From Raillietiella orientalis (Eukaryota): DNA of 64,000 nucleotides. The notes under the pieces were generated by a model, which saw only the letters and a program-made list of their open reading frames with translations, was not told the DNA's origin and did no database searches. The position numbers were made by a program, and so were the translations under genes. The stretch covers positions 4,340,001 to 4,404,000 of the forward strand of contig JAYWIR010000006.1 of NCBI GenBank assembly GCA_036172245.1, in the 5' to 3' direction. Shown piece after piece: positions 1 through 13,265 of this stretch. The number at the start of each line of letters is the position of its first letter. Position 1 is the stretch's first letter.

Positions 1-1768
1 TTCGTCGCAGCGACGCTCCGGGAAGGGAGGGTGGCTTCCTGGAAGCATCCCGTTGCTTCCTTCCTTCCTTCCTTGTCGCATGCGCGCGCGTTCCTGCGCG
101 TTTATCGACAGGTGCGCACACACCCACGTGCGCGCATGATCGCCAGATAAGCCGTAATCGTCGGTCCGCGCCAGACGTTGGCTCATAGCTGATAGCGCCA
201 AAGATCACCAGGAGAGAGCAGGCAAGGCAGCGGCGCTCAGCTCCCCAGGTCGCTCCTCTTCCCGGGAGCGCGCGACCCGGAAGCAGTGGAGACACCACGC
301 GCTTCCGTAGGGAACTCGGTAGGCCCGCCGCCCACTGGCAGCTACGCTGGATTCCTCCCGCCCCCTAGCGCAGGGTTCCTCCTCCCCCCCTCTTTCCCAC
401 GAGGACGTGCGACCGGGCGGAACCGCGCGCACGCGAGCGAGAGAGGGTGACGGCGAGCAGCGCGTGTGTGAGGACGACCGAGAAGTCATCCCGGCCCCTC
501 GGGCAGCAGGGTCGAGGCCACGAAGGTTTTTCCGGGCCGCTCCCTCCGGAAGCGGGCGGCGTCCCTCGGGTCCCGCGCACGAGCATCTGGCGGGGGCGCT
601 CCCTGCTCGCGATTTTCGCGGTCAGTCGGGCCGTGGAGGCGCGGTGGAGCCTCCGGGCCGCAGGGCCGCGAGCTGAGCCGTAAATCTGTCAGGGAGAAAT
701 GCGCCACTCTCCACGCGGAGGCTCCTTCGTGGCGCCGCGCGTGGCCGGCCGCTCCCCGGAGGGAACGGCGAAAGCGCGCGCACTGGGGCAACGGGACGCG
801 TTCGGCCCGACCGTGGAGGGGCTGTGCCTGCGGGCGTCGAGCCGCAGCGGATTTGCACCCCGGGGGTCCCTCTTTCCAGGTCCGTCACGACAGAAGGAGG
901 TCGTCTCCATGGTTACTCGCGGGAGAAGGCGGGGGAAGGGAACCTGGGGAAGCGGACACCGAGAGCCTCCATCCAGCATTTCGCCAGGGGACGCCTGCGC
1001 GCCGTCAAGAAACCTACGCCATTGCTGACGAAATTCCGCGCCATATGTGCTGCTGCGGAGCGCGAGTCGATGCGTGCGCACCTCGGTCCAATCGCCCGCG
1101 GCGAGCCAGGGAAACGCGCGCCCCCGGCCGCTCACCAGTCGCGCTGCCCGCGCGAAGAACAGAAGCCTCGCCGGCTTCCCGGTTCGGCCGATCCCCGGGA
1201 CCGGGAGAGACGCGGGAAGCTTAGCTCCTCTACCCCGGGATGGAGGGAGGGGGGGAGACGAGGCGAGGCCGCTTCTTCGGCTCACAGGGCTCTGCGGAAG
1301 CCAGGACACCGTCGCCCTCGCAACCAAGGAGGGGCAGGAGGGGTTGAGGCCGACAGCGTCCTCGAGGATGTCGCGTGCGATGCGGGCAGAACGGGACGGT
1401 CCGCGGGAACTCTACGGAAGGAAGAAGGCGGGGAACGGGCGTGGCTCCTGCCGTCCCGCTGGAGTCACGAGATGCCCTGGGAGCGGAATCTTCCTGCCTG
1501 CTTTGGGGTGGCTGCCAGGAATTCATTTCTGTTCCCCATGGGGATTCCTGGCGAAAGTAACGGGGTGGAGTCACCTTCCTTTCTCCCCAGTATGCAAGAA
1601 CCCTTTGGCCCTCGAGCCACCGTTCTCACCTCCACCTGTCCGTGTCCTTGCGCGGTCAGGTCCGATCCAGGCAACTTCCGAAGACTGGCTAAAAGGAGAT
1701 ACGCAGCCATGCCCACCCTTGAGCCTGCCATCCGCTGCAGTCGTCAACGGGCGCTCTCTCCCACCCTC

Positions 1769-4700
1769 ATGCTGCTAGGCGGCGCGGCAGTCACCCGGAG
1801 AGGCCGGTGAGCCGGGCAGCTCAGCCGTGGGTCTGCGGACCGCGCGGCCATCGCCCAGCGGCACTCTCTCGCGCGCGCCTCGAGCCGCTGCGGGTGTTTC
1901 GGCCAACGGCTCCTCCTCCTCTTCCTCCTTGTGACCCCCTCCCCTCCCTCGCTCAAGTGTCGGAGGCTGACTCGAGCAGGCAGACGGCGGCGGTGGCCGG
2001 CCTCGACGCCGCCGCTGCTGCCGCTGTTGCTGATGCTGCTGCTGCTGCCCTGGGCATTCCTAGCGACCGAAAATTCCCTCCGGAAAGCGAGGCCCAAGAG
2101 AAGCTCCCTTCGCGGCCACCTCTTCAAGACCGGCCCCAGGCTCTCCTCTCCGCGCCTCCATCGAACGGTGAGTCACTGGGAAACCCGAAATGGCATGGCG
2201 CCAACTCGTCGGCCGCGGGGGGAGGAGAGAGCGGCCGTTCCCGCCTTCCCCCGGTTTTCCGAGACGCTCACATCCCCGGCGACCTCGCCTCCTCCCCCTC
2301 TTTGCATTTGCCAGGCGAATCGAGTGGTCGGCGGCACGCGCGGACAGGCTCTTGGGGGACGGTTTTCCCAACGGGAGGACTACCCCGCATGGGATTCCTC
2401 CCCCTTCCCCGCTTCCTATTCCTCCTCCTCCTCGGTTCTCCCTTTCGTCCCCGAAAACGGCGCTCTCCTCTTGCAATGCTTTTCTGCATTCATCTTTCGA
2501 AATAATTCACCCCAACGCCACTCCCGCTGAGGGACCTTCCTTCCCTCCCTCCCTCCCTCGACTGCCGATCTAAATCCTGATCTCCACTCACCAGTCGAGT
2601 CCAGAAAGAGAAGATTTCGTACTCTGCGGCGAGAGCCGCTGGCAGCGCGCAGATGGAGAGGAAGCTGGGCGTGAGGACGGCGACTCGTCTAGGGGCAAAA
2701 AGGTCACGACGCACTGCGGCGGGGGGTTCTTGAGACAGCCCTGCTCTCCGCGCGTCGGGGGAGCAGGGCACCTCCTGAACCTGGAACCGCGAGAGCTCAC
2801 GACAGACCAGTGGTCTCGTTTCCTGGATCTCCCGGCCCCATTTCTCCCGCGTGGCCCGGCCTTCGAGCGAGAGGAGGACCAGCAGACTTCGCTGCCTCAG
2901 CCTAGGATGTCAGCCAGTGAGACCACCGTGGAAAAGGGGGACGCGAGAGAGGAGGTGATTCGTGCTCCCTCCGCCGCCGCGGGACCTCGGCCGCGTTCTG
3001 GAGGGCTCAGCAATTGCCTGCGTGTTCATACGACTTGCTGGCCACGCTGCCGCCGCCCCTATCCCCCTCCTTCCTCCACCTTCTACTCTTTTCATCCTTT
3101 CAGAGGACTCGTCTGATCGACGCTTCCGACTCCCCAAGGCGCGTCTGACCACAGACGCTCCTTGGAGCGAAGGCGGTCTTCCTTCCTTTCTGTATCCTCA
3201 GATAGAAGATAGGGAAGGGAATCAGTCAAGGGTTCCGGGTGAAGACCTCGCGCTACACTCCGAGGCGTGCGATCGACCCTCGAGCCTTGCTCGCTCGGTG
3301 AACTCCACGGGAACCGCTCTCGCGCGAGCGTCCCTGAAATGTCGACTGCCGAGGGCTGCTAACCAGAGGAATGCCTGAGTCGGGATCGTCGACAGCCTTC
3401 CCCCTCCTCTCTCTGGGGCGCGCTGGCACGCCGCTGCAGAGAAAGAAAGCAAAAAAGGAAGCGAAGGAAGCAATTCGGTGGCTCAGTGAAAGCAGCGTAG
3501 AGGGCTCCACTTGGGCAAGAAAGTGGACCGTAAGGCCCCCCACCAATTAACAGTCCGTATCGCGTCTCTCTCCCTTTCTCGCTATGCACTACCATCCGGC
3601 AAATCAGGCGTCTGCATCCTCTCATTCCCCAGAATCCTCCCTGTCCTACTTTCGCACGGCTGTACCGGGCGAAGGTGCTTCAGCAGCGAAGGAACTGCCC
3701 AGCGGAAGCACTTCCTTTCGTTCGTCCAGAGGGATACTGCACGGCGCACAACTTCCAATCACGTGCCCTTTCGTCAGAAGCATTGTTGCGGGCGCCAGCG
3801 CGCTGCCGGGTAGTATTGTTGCGGACGTCGGAGCACTTTCCAATCAGATGCGCGTTTCCGCACGTCCTAGCTTTCCACGCGCCTCGGAATGCAGAATCAG
3901 ATGTTCGTTTGATCTCTCTCCCGATCCTCTGGTCCCTGCCGCATGCTCCTGAGGGAATCGGTCAGAAGTCACGAAGCGGTGGCTATACGAAACCACCCGG
4001 CACTCCCACGAACCCGCTGCTCACGGGAACGCGTCATACGGACTGCGGCGGGTTGTGGCGTGAGCTTGAGCAAAAAAAAACAAAGAACGAAAAAAAAAAA
4101 AGCTGAGAGAGGCGGCAGAGGAAGAACAGCCGGCTGAACGCGGGCTGGAAGCTATCAAAATGGAGATTGGTTCGATGGCGGCCGTGGATCTCCAAGAGCA
4201 GCCATATTCTTGGGCGTGGGGTTGCTCGCGTCTCCGGATACCGGTTGGGATGAAAGAAGGAACGTGGGGAGAGTCGACCCCCACAATTTCGCGTCCCATT
4301 CGACCCTCCCTTCCTCATCCTCTCTTGGATGCGTGTGAGAGGAGCTTCTTGCTTCATTCGCGCTCACCTCCTTTCTCTCGTGTTGAGCTTCGATTCAAAT
4401 TGGGGCACCACGAATGTTCAGCTAGGAGAGGCAGCGAGCGTGTACCTGGCCCAGGCAACCAAAACAGTTCCGGCCTTAGGCCAGAACATCTCCCCTCCCC
4501 GGGCAGCAAGCTTCTCTTCAATCCTCTGTCGCATCATCGAGGGTCCGAACAATGCCGACTACCATTCCAGGAGGACCTCGTTCTTAGCAGAGGCTACGAG
4601 TTTGAGAAGCATCGCCTGGTAACCTCCGACGGCTACGTACTTGGCCTCCACCGTATTCTGCCCCGGGCTTCCTCCCCAAAGAGACTACCCGTGCTGCTGA

Positions 4701-5974
4701 TCCACGGCATTATGACTTCGTCATCCATATTTGTTATTCAGGACCGCAATAACTCCCTGGCTTTCCGGCTGGCCGACCTCGGCCACAGCGTATGGCTGGT
4801 CAACCTGCGTGGTAATGTGTACAGCCGAGAGCACATCAGCAGCAGCGCCGAAGACGAGGCCTTCTGGCGCTTCAGGTTATCCCTCTAGGATCCTGTTTCT
4901 TCGGGCTCCCGAACATTCCAGGTAGCTGGGACGAGATGGCTAAATACGACCTTCCGGAGTCCGTGGACTACGCTCTGGAGGTCGAGGGCCTCACGGAAGG
5001 AATGATGGTGGTCGGTTACTCCATGGGCACCACCGTCTTTTACGCTGCCTGCCACCACCGACCTCTCATGCAGCAGAAGCTCCTCTTCTTCGTGTCCCTG
5101 GGACCCGTGGCGTACACGCACCACTCTTCCAGCCCACTGGTGCAGCTGCTGGTGATGCTCGCGACGGAACGAGAGGTTCGCAACGGACGGGAAGTGGGGA
5201 AGGGGGAGAGAGGCCAAGAGAGGACGAGGACATCGGCTTTCCTTCCTCGGCGCAGGACCTGGTCCGTCTGCTCTTCCGCGGGATCGTTCAGCCGCACTCG
5301 CTGGCCATGCGCACCATCTTCCAAAACCTCTGCGACCTGACCAAGATCCAGAGGTTCCTCTGCATGCAGCTGTGGTTCCTGCTAATGGGATTCGACACCG
5401 TGCAGCTGGACCCGGTGAGTTTTTCCGGGGGGTGGAGGAACGGGGAGCGAGTACGGGGTCCCTCAACTCCCACCTCACCCCACCTTGAGGCCCCCTTTTG
5501 AAGCTGCGTCCCCAGGAGCTAGTGCCCTCCATCGTCAACAACATACCCTCGGGGACTTCCGTGGACACAATCATCCACTACATCCAGTCGTTCCGGAGCA
5601 AGAGCTTCGCCATGTTCGACTTCGGAGCCGAGGGCAACAGGGAGCGGTACAACAGCACGGTGCCACCAGTCTACGACCTCGGGAAGGTCACCGTGCAGCA
5701 GACCGTCTACTACGCCGAGAACGACTGGCTGTCCCACCCGGCCGTGAGTGCTCACCGCCCCGGCTCGCCTCTTTCCCGTCGGGGCTCCCTCCAGGACGTC
5801 CTGCGGCTCGTCTCCGAGCTGGGGCGATTCCCGCGAGTGCGCAGGATGGAGTGGATCTTCCACAACCATGTTGACTACGTGTGGGCCCGGAACGTGGACG
5901 AGCTGCTCCTGGAGGACATCCTGCGGGAGATGGAGAGCCACGAGAGGACGCAGGGAGATCACTTCAGAGAATAA
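1769..5974 (+). CDS. Acid (lysosomal/gastric, lipase-3-like) triacylglycerol lipase, paralogue 1, ~447 aa. Exons 1769-1806?, 1984-2167?, 4571-4875, 4926-5175, 5256-5414, 5516-5743, 5795-5974
   Basis: The spliced translation has LIPA/LIPF-family motifs: VTSDGYVLGLHRI, PVLLIHG, VWLVNLRGNVYS, FWRFSWDEMAKYDLP, nucleophile GYSMG, NDWL (Asp) and NHVD (His). All introns are GT-AG and phase-compatible. The first two exons (signal-peptide-like LLPLLLMLLLLPWAFLA, donor GTGAGT at 2168) are less certain than the core from 4571. Confidence 0.88.
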
Positions 5975-8900
5975 AAGCAGCAACGGAGGAGGAAGAAGAG
6001 AAAGGAGGGGGCGGGGCGAAGACCTCCTTCTGGAGGACTCCAGGACTCCCGGAGTCCATCCATCCCGGGACACGTCAGGGAACGAGACGCCTCTCTGGGA
6101 TTGCCTGAGCGGACGTGATTGTGGAGGGGCTGAAGGGAAGGGGGTGAGTCAGCCACCCCTGCCCCTGTCCGCCGGGTGCCAGAACGGAACGCAGCGCGGG
6201 CCGCGCGAATCCCGGCGGGACGAGGAGATAGGGAGGCGCGCGGCAGCACGCCCCTTCCCCTCCCGCCCACGCGACCAGTCCTCACGGTGACGCACGGAAG
6301 TGTGAACTGCCTCCCCCGCGTGGGCTGCCCGTCCCGGGAGCTGCGGAGGATGGGCGCCGCACAAGCAGCAAGGAAATCCGACCGACCTCCCCAGTCGAAC
6401 TCTCCCGACGCACACAGCGGCCGGCGCGTCTCCGGGACGCGCGCGAGGCGCTCTTGCGGCGGTAGTCCCTCTTAGCCGCACGTTTCGTTTCCTTTGCTGT
6501 TTTTTTGTTGTTTTCTTTCCTTGCGTTCCCCTCGGAAGGAGGGAGGCGAAGAGGGGGAAAAACAGGCAGCTTGGGAAAGCGGCGAGAGTCCCCTCCAGCT
6601 TTACGTTCCCACTCCTTCCCTCCTTCTGTCGCGCTTCCTAAGCAAGAAGACGCGTCATTAGCCCTGAGAAATCGGAGGGGGGGAGGAGGGATCGCTCAGG
6701 CGAAGGGCAAGCGGCACACGCCTCCGTAGGCCCGGTCTCCGCGGAGACGGCGGAGGCCGCGTTTACGCAGGAGCGCGCGCGGCGGGGCGGAGAAGGGGGA
6801 GACGTTCGCCCTCGTTTGGCGTGGTTCCCCCCAGTTGCTCCCCTGATGTGACGTTCCCTTCACCCCCCTTCTACACTCGCTCGCGGCGGGTGGCGGCGGC
6901 GGCGACGACGGACGGCGCCAGACCCTCCGAGCGCGTTCTCGCCGGCGTGGCGTCTGCGTGGCCTAGCGGAACAGCCTCCCTGCGCACTCGTCGAGCATTG
7001 CTTCGCGTAGGCCCCGTCGCCATGGAGAGGCGTCCCCCGCTTATGGAGCGGCTCGGCAGCCATTTGCGAGGGGAATGGGGAGCAGCGTGGCTGCAGGCGG
7101 GCGGGCGTCTTTCTCCTGCACGCCACTGGAAAGTTTCGTTTCCTTGCGCGCGCGACGCACACGCCCCAGCGTGACGGTACGCCGAAGTGGCCGCCATACT
7201 GGCAGAGGCTATTCATGTGTTTCCACAAGGAGAGTCCCCAGCCAGTTTACCCTACCTACGGAAAGCACGGGTTTACAAGACGAGAAACTGGCAGTCGCTG
7301 ACCTCTTCCTCCCCCCCCCCCTCCCAGTCCTCAGTCCCCAGGTGAAGCGACCTAGGTCTCTCCCCTTCCCCCTTCCTCCGAACTACCCGCGAGACAAAGC
7401 TTCCAACCAGCTTCCGCGCGCTCCAAAATCCCGGACGTGCAGTAAGCACGGAAACACCCAGGATCCTTCCCTCCCCCCACCCACCCACCTTTTGCTGCAG
7501 GAGCTGTTGCTGTGGTACTCGAGAACAAAGGGATCGACTTGTTCGTACTCTCCTGTACCCTACCCAGGCGTAGGAACGGGAAGCCGTCTGGCGTACATTC
7601 AAAACATCCGACGCCAGTGTGCCGCCGTGTCCATCCCGCAGGAAGCCGTCCGCTTACGGGATGCTGGGCATCTCGCGCCAAACCGTGCGCGTGGCTACTG
7701 CGCTCTGTGAGAGGTTGCCGAGCTGCAGTTGCGGACTCCGCACCATCCGCGTGGCGGTGGCTCCGCCCGGGCAAGAAGGCATGGGAGGATCTTCCCTTCA
7801 CCGCCGGACGTGTCAGAACAGCGCCTTTGGTCAGTCCCCGCCGTCAGCTGGCGATCATTTCCGATCAATGCTTCCCCCGCGCCGCGTCTAAAAATAGATG
7901 GCCCGCCGCCTGCAGACGTCCCTGGCAAGCCGTTGCTAGCGCGGTGCCGCTGTTCGTTCAAGAAGCCTTCAGCACCTTCCCGAAGGGAGGCGCGAAGAGG
8001 GCGCCCGCGTGGGCGGGGGAGACGGAAGGCTGCTCGGTGGACCCGCTCGGGGGTCCCGGACGGACGGGCCGACCGCGCGCCACCACCAGGTCGCAGCCGC
8101 GAGGCGCGCGCCTACGTGTCCTTCCACGTACGCACTTGCTGACGCGCGCGCCGTGTTTGCTCTGTCTCTTTCAGCGCGGTGTGCAAGGAACGCCGCCGCC
8201 GGCGTCCCTTATCTGCCAGTGCCGCCTCCCACAGTAGCAGCAGCCCCTCGTCAGCAGCGGGGGAGGTCCGTCGGGACGGACGGAGCCGCGGAGGGTGGAG
8301 ACGACGGTGGAGACTAGAGGTGCGCCGGGGTAGGGAGTGCCCTCGAGGAAAACCTGCAGCAAGACCTGCACGGGGTGACCCCTTCGCTTTCCCCTGGACC
8401 CCGGAGTTTCCACTGTCACACACTGCGAAGCCATGGCTTGGAAACGCCATGCAGGGGACGGCGCTCGCCGACGGCATCCGCAAGGCTGCCACGGCCTCCT
8501 CGACGTCGCGGGAGGCGCAAGAGAAGGACCATTCTTCTCCTTTACCCAGGAAGGGAGGAGTGAGGAAGACGCGACCGTTGCCTGGGAACCCTCCGCTGGA
8601 TGGAGAGAACCCTCCCCTCTCCTGGCGAGGAGTCCTGGGTCTCCAAACGATTCCCGGAAGCCTCCCGAAGGCGGATGGCGCCCCGGATTTGATCGCCGAA
8701 TTGGTGCAGGGACGAACAGAAGGGCGCGCGCCGCCTGGCGCCACACGAACCTAGGCGGTGGCGCAGGAACGCGCGCGGCGGACCGAGAGCCGCTCTCCAA
8801 GCCCCGAGCGAGAGCTAGGCGCGAAGTGATCCCAGACGCCCCGGAGGCAAGAGTCGCGCTGCTGTCCGGGCGGCGGCTCCGCCCCGCCCTCGCGCCCCTG

Positions 8901-9072
8901 CGGGCGCATCCTCCGCCGGGAAGACCTCCCCGCGGGGGCCGCCGCGCCCCTTGCCCCAGCCAGAAGGATCCGACACGCACTTCCTCCCTCCCCTGACTGC
9001 ACTTCCCCCCGCGGAGCGGGCGAACTCCTTCCTTGCTTCCCCTCCCCTCCCCTTCCTCCCGTATGACCGGAG

Positions 9073-9176
9073 CGATAAGGCGGGGCCGTTAAAAAGGCGG
9101 GAAACCCACGGAGACAGCCGGAGCGCGCCAGAGGCGAGGAAGCTGCGCGAGCGACCTGCTCTGGTGTCAGGATAAC
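9073..9176 (+). promoter_or_regulatory. Putative lipase-2 proximal promoter (GATA sites and TATA-like element)
   Basis: GATAAG at ~9074, TTAAAAAG at ~9089 and GATAAC at ~9171, just upstream of ATG 9181. A similar CTAAAAG lies ~80 bp upstream of the putative lipase-1 ATG. Confidence 0.25.
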
Positions 9177-9180
9177 CGCC

Positions 9181-12100
9181 ATGTGCCGCCTGCCGCCGCC
9201 GCCTCGTACCACCAGCAACGGCGCTGCCGCCTGCGCCATCTTCCTCCTCTGCTGCTGCCTCTTCCCAGCCCGCGGAGAGGCCCGCCGTCTGCCCGCCGGC
9301 AATCCGAAGATGGAAACCACGGTGAGGAGCGATTTCGCCTGTGCATTTCGGGAGAGGGGGGGAGGGTTGACCCAGCATCGTGCACGCCCTCGGGGGGGCG
9401 CCACCGCCGCCGTTAGAGCCAAAACTCCAGGGTGAGAAAGAGGGGGTCCCTCCCGGTCAAGAATTTTCCACCCAGGGGTTTCGCGTTTGCTTGGGAGCGC
9501 ACGCGCTGGAGGGGGAGCGGAACGCCCGGGCCCGTCTCCGAGAGCGCCGTCGTTGTCTCCTCAACAACCGCGGTGTTAGCCCGCGGCGGCGGCGACTCCC
9601 CTCTTCTCTTGCTGAAGGCGGCCAGCGGGCTGCTGCTGTGTGGGCGGCAACCCTTCCGCCGCCAGAGGCTGCCCACGCGCTCTGCAAATGTGTGGCGGCG
9701 GGGGTGGGACCAACGAATGCCCCGCTCCTGACCTTCAACATTTTAACGGCCACCATCCGTTGGTTACCTTTTTTTTTTTTCAAAAAGAAAAAAGGGGGTG
9801 CATGTGGGGTGCCTTCCAGTCGTCCCCAGAAGCGGCCATCCGCTGCGCGTCCATTTGGGTCTCTGGGAATTCTGCAGTTCCGCCCGTTCTGCGGGTGCTT
9901 GGTATATCCCTCGTGGAGCCAGGGGTCGCCGGTTGCGTGGCACGGAGGAAGAGCCGTCGTCAGGCTGAGAGGCGTCCCTCCGGTCGAAGACGCGCGCCGA
10001 CGGTCGCGGGAGATGCGGCCGGCGGCCCCTTCCTACCCCTGGGGGGCCGCGCTACCCCAACGTCCTCTCCTCCTTCCCGGACCGCCCAACGTAGGTCGGA
10101 GGATGCCTCCTTCCCGCCGCGGACTGAGGCCGCGGCGACAGTCCCACTTGGCGACCGCGGGCATTGCTGCGCGCTGACGGTTGCGCACTCCGGGAGCGCT
10201 CCCTGTTTCTTTCCTCCTCGTCTCCCTTCCCTGCGTAGAGCGCCCTTTCGGCCGCCAAGCTCGAGTTCGCTGCTGAGACCGCTGCCTCCTGGCAACCGAG
10301 CGCGGGCCCGTGACCGTGACCTCGTCTGGTCACACGGCAGGCTGCGTTCCAGCAGGGGCCATCTTGACCCCGCGACCGAGAATTTCCCGCGTTGGGGAGG
10401 AAGAAATTCGACGGAGCGACCCGTCCTCTCCCGCGGCAACAGAGGGTGGAAAACCGGGTGCCGGTTGCCAGGCGGGCACGGAGGAGAGCACTGCACCGGC
10501 GACCCCTCCGAGAGAGCGCGCCCTACCCAGTCCGCCGGCTGCTGAACCGCCGCACCTCTAGGGGCGCGTCGGGTTTCCACTCCCCTTCTTCCCCCTCAGG
10601 GAGGGGGGGCAGGCACGGAGACGGCTCACCAACTTCCCCACCGACGCCCATGAAGGAAACTCCTCGGGCGAGCGAGGCACGCCACGCGGGCATCTTCCCG
10701 TCCCGTTCTCGGTCGCTTCCGGGAACGCGCACTCCCCTACCCGCACGTGGACGCTCGAAGCTCCAAGGGCCAAAGCAGGATGCCAAGCGGAGAGTCCCGG
10801 CGAACTCGAGTTCTCTCCTTCCAGCTTGGGACCTCGCGCTGCGCCCCCCGACAGGAGGAGGACCCTTTAGGGCAAAAAGGGGTCATGCGCGGTACTCCCC
10901 TCTCTGCGGGGCCGCGGGCCTCGTGAGGGGCGGGCTAGAAAGAGGAGCCACGGAAGGCAGGTGAGGGGACCCTGTAAGGAGCACCCGGAGGCCGCACGTC
11001 GCTGGAGGCGCACGCTCCACGCGGTTTCTTGGAAACGGGAAGACTCAGGAAGGAAACTTCGCCTGCGCACCGTCGGAGACGGCGCCACTGCATCCGCCCG
11101 GCTTTCGTCTTCCCCTCCTGTTCCTTCGGGGTGGTCCCTCCCTCTTCGCTCTCCTCCCCTCCCACCTCTGCCGTGCCCGCGCAACCACGGTGGTCCGCCT
11201 CTGCATAATCTCCCCAACAGGAGGAGCTCGTCCTCAGCCGTGGATACGAGTTCACCGCCGTCCGGGTCCAGACGGACGACGGTTACCTGCTGGAGCTACA
11301 CCACGTCGCCAGCCCCAACGTCAGCCGCCGCGAAGACCGCCTCCCGGTCTTCCTGCAGCACGGACTCCTCGGCTCGTCGGCCGACTGGGTGATCCAGGAG
11401 CCCTCCAAGTCGCTAGGTGGGCGGAGGGGCGGTCCGGTAGAATAGGGAGGAACCACTACCGCGTCCCGCCTTTCCAGCGTTTTCCCTTGCGGACGAGGGG
11501 TACGCTGTCTGGATGGGCAACTTCCGTGGGAACGCCTACAGCACGGCCCGACGACCGAAACACCCCGACAGTGACTACTGGAACTTCAGGTGAGAGGCTT
11601 CTACTGCCCACAGGAAAGCCGTGGAACCTCTCTCCTCCTCTTTCCTTCCTTCTCCTTTTCTACTCGTCCTCCCTTTCCTCCACTTCTCCCTTCCTCCTCC
11701 TTTCCTGCTCCTCAGCTGGGACGAGATGGCTGCCTACGACCTTCCGGCCGCCGTGGACCGCGTCCTGCAGGAAGAGAACCGCTCACAGCTGATTTACATC
11801 GGCTTCTCCATGGGGACGGCGACGTTCTGGGCAGCATGCCAGCTGCGCCCGGAGCTGCGGACGAAGATCCGCCTGATGGGGGCCTTGGCGCCGGTGGCCT
11901 ACCTGGAGCACACCAAGAGCTTCCTGATACGGGCGCTGGCCTACATCTCCAAGTACATGGCGGTAGGGAAGCGGCGGGGTAGAGGACGCTCCTGCGCCGA
12001 TACGCTCCTGACGCTGCTCCCCCACAGGCTCTCCTGACGCTCTTCGGGAATCAGGAGTTCCTGCCACACTCCGCGGGCATGAAGATACTCATCCACTACG

Positions 12101-12735
12101 CCTGCACGCTGCTGCGAGTGGAGGACAGACTGTGCCGGCAGGTGCTCTTCCTGATGGTCGGTTTCGACTCGGTGGAACTGGACCAGGTGGGAGCGCCCAA
12201 CCGCCGCCTCGTCAGGGAGGAGGAGGGCACTGCCGGGAGCGCGCCGGTTCACTTCCTCCCCCCTCCCCGCATTTCCAGGAGACGTTCGCGCTCATCCTCG
12301 CGACCACCCCCTCCGGAACCTCGCTCAACACGGTCATGCACTTCGCGCAGCTGTGCAACAGCGGCGGCTTCGGCATGTTCGACTTCGGCACGGAGGGCAA
12401 CCTGCTGCACTACAACCAGAGAGATCCCCCGGCGTACAACCTGACCACCGTGACGGTCCCTGTGGTCGCGTACCACTGCATGAACGACTGGCTCGCTGAC
12501 CCGAAGGTGAGCCGTCTCTCTCCCCGTCTCCTCCAGACGGCGCCTTCTCCCTGCATTCCCTTCTCTCCAGGACGTGTACCGGTTGAAGTCGGAGCTCGGC
12601 AGCTCAGTGACCTTGAAGACGATCGCGAGGACCACCTGCAACCACGTGGACTTGATGTGGGCTCGTGACATCCGGGAGCTTCTTCTGGACGACCTACTGC
12701 AGGTCGTGGAAGAGAACGCGGCGGTGATCCCGTAG
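9181..12735 (+). CDS. Acid lipase paralogue 2, ~415 aa. Exons 9181-9321, 11221-11416, 11478-11589, 11716-11962, 12028-12186, 12279-12506, 12571-12735
   Basis: Signal peptide (AIFLLCCCLFPARG) then NPKMETT|EELVLSRGY. Motifs TDDGYLLELH, PVFLQHGLLGSSADW, WMGNFRGNAYS, FSWDEMAAYDLP, GFSMG, NDWLAD and NHVDLMW. Intron phases are consistent, and the 159-nt and 228-nt exons match paralogue 1 in length. Confidence 0.92.
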
Positions 12736-12917
12736 GACACTGGGACCGTGCCCCCACCCCCTTCCCTTCTTCCTGCCGCGGCGACTCGGGGAAACGGCAG
12801 CGAAGACCGACGAAGGCCACCAGCCCCGCAGGCCATATGGCAGGGACCCCGGCTGCTCGTTCTCCGGACGGGACCCGCCTCGGGACACTGTCCCTTCCCC
12901 TCCTGTCACCCCCCAAC

Positions 12918-13265
12918 CCTATTATTTCTGCTATTACCACGATTGTCATTGCTACGGCTGCTATTCTGAATGCTGTTGCCATGGCTGCAGCTGCTGCTGC
13001 TGCATTCACCTTACCGCCGCCACCTCTGCTACAGCACTCTTACCTTTCCCACTGGATGGCGCCACCATTGACCGTCATCGCCAATGGCATCGCTACCGCT
13101 ACTGCTGCGAGCAGCACCTTTTTCTCGTTGCTGCTGCTGCTGTTGCCGCGAATGCCACGGCTGCTGCCATGGTTACGCTTCTGCTTTCTCAGTCTCCATG
13201 ACCGCCGCTACCACCCTCACCACTGTCGGGGATGCGTCCGTTACCAGAGCGGCCTGGGTGCTGCT
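12918..13265. repeat. Degenerate trinucleotide low-complexity tract (GCT/GCC/ACC/ATT)
   Basis: Runs such as gctgcagctgctgctgctgc, ctgctgctgctgttgcc and accgccgctaccacc, downstream of the lipase-2 stop. Confidence 0.6.
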
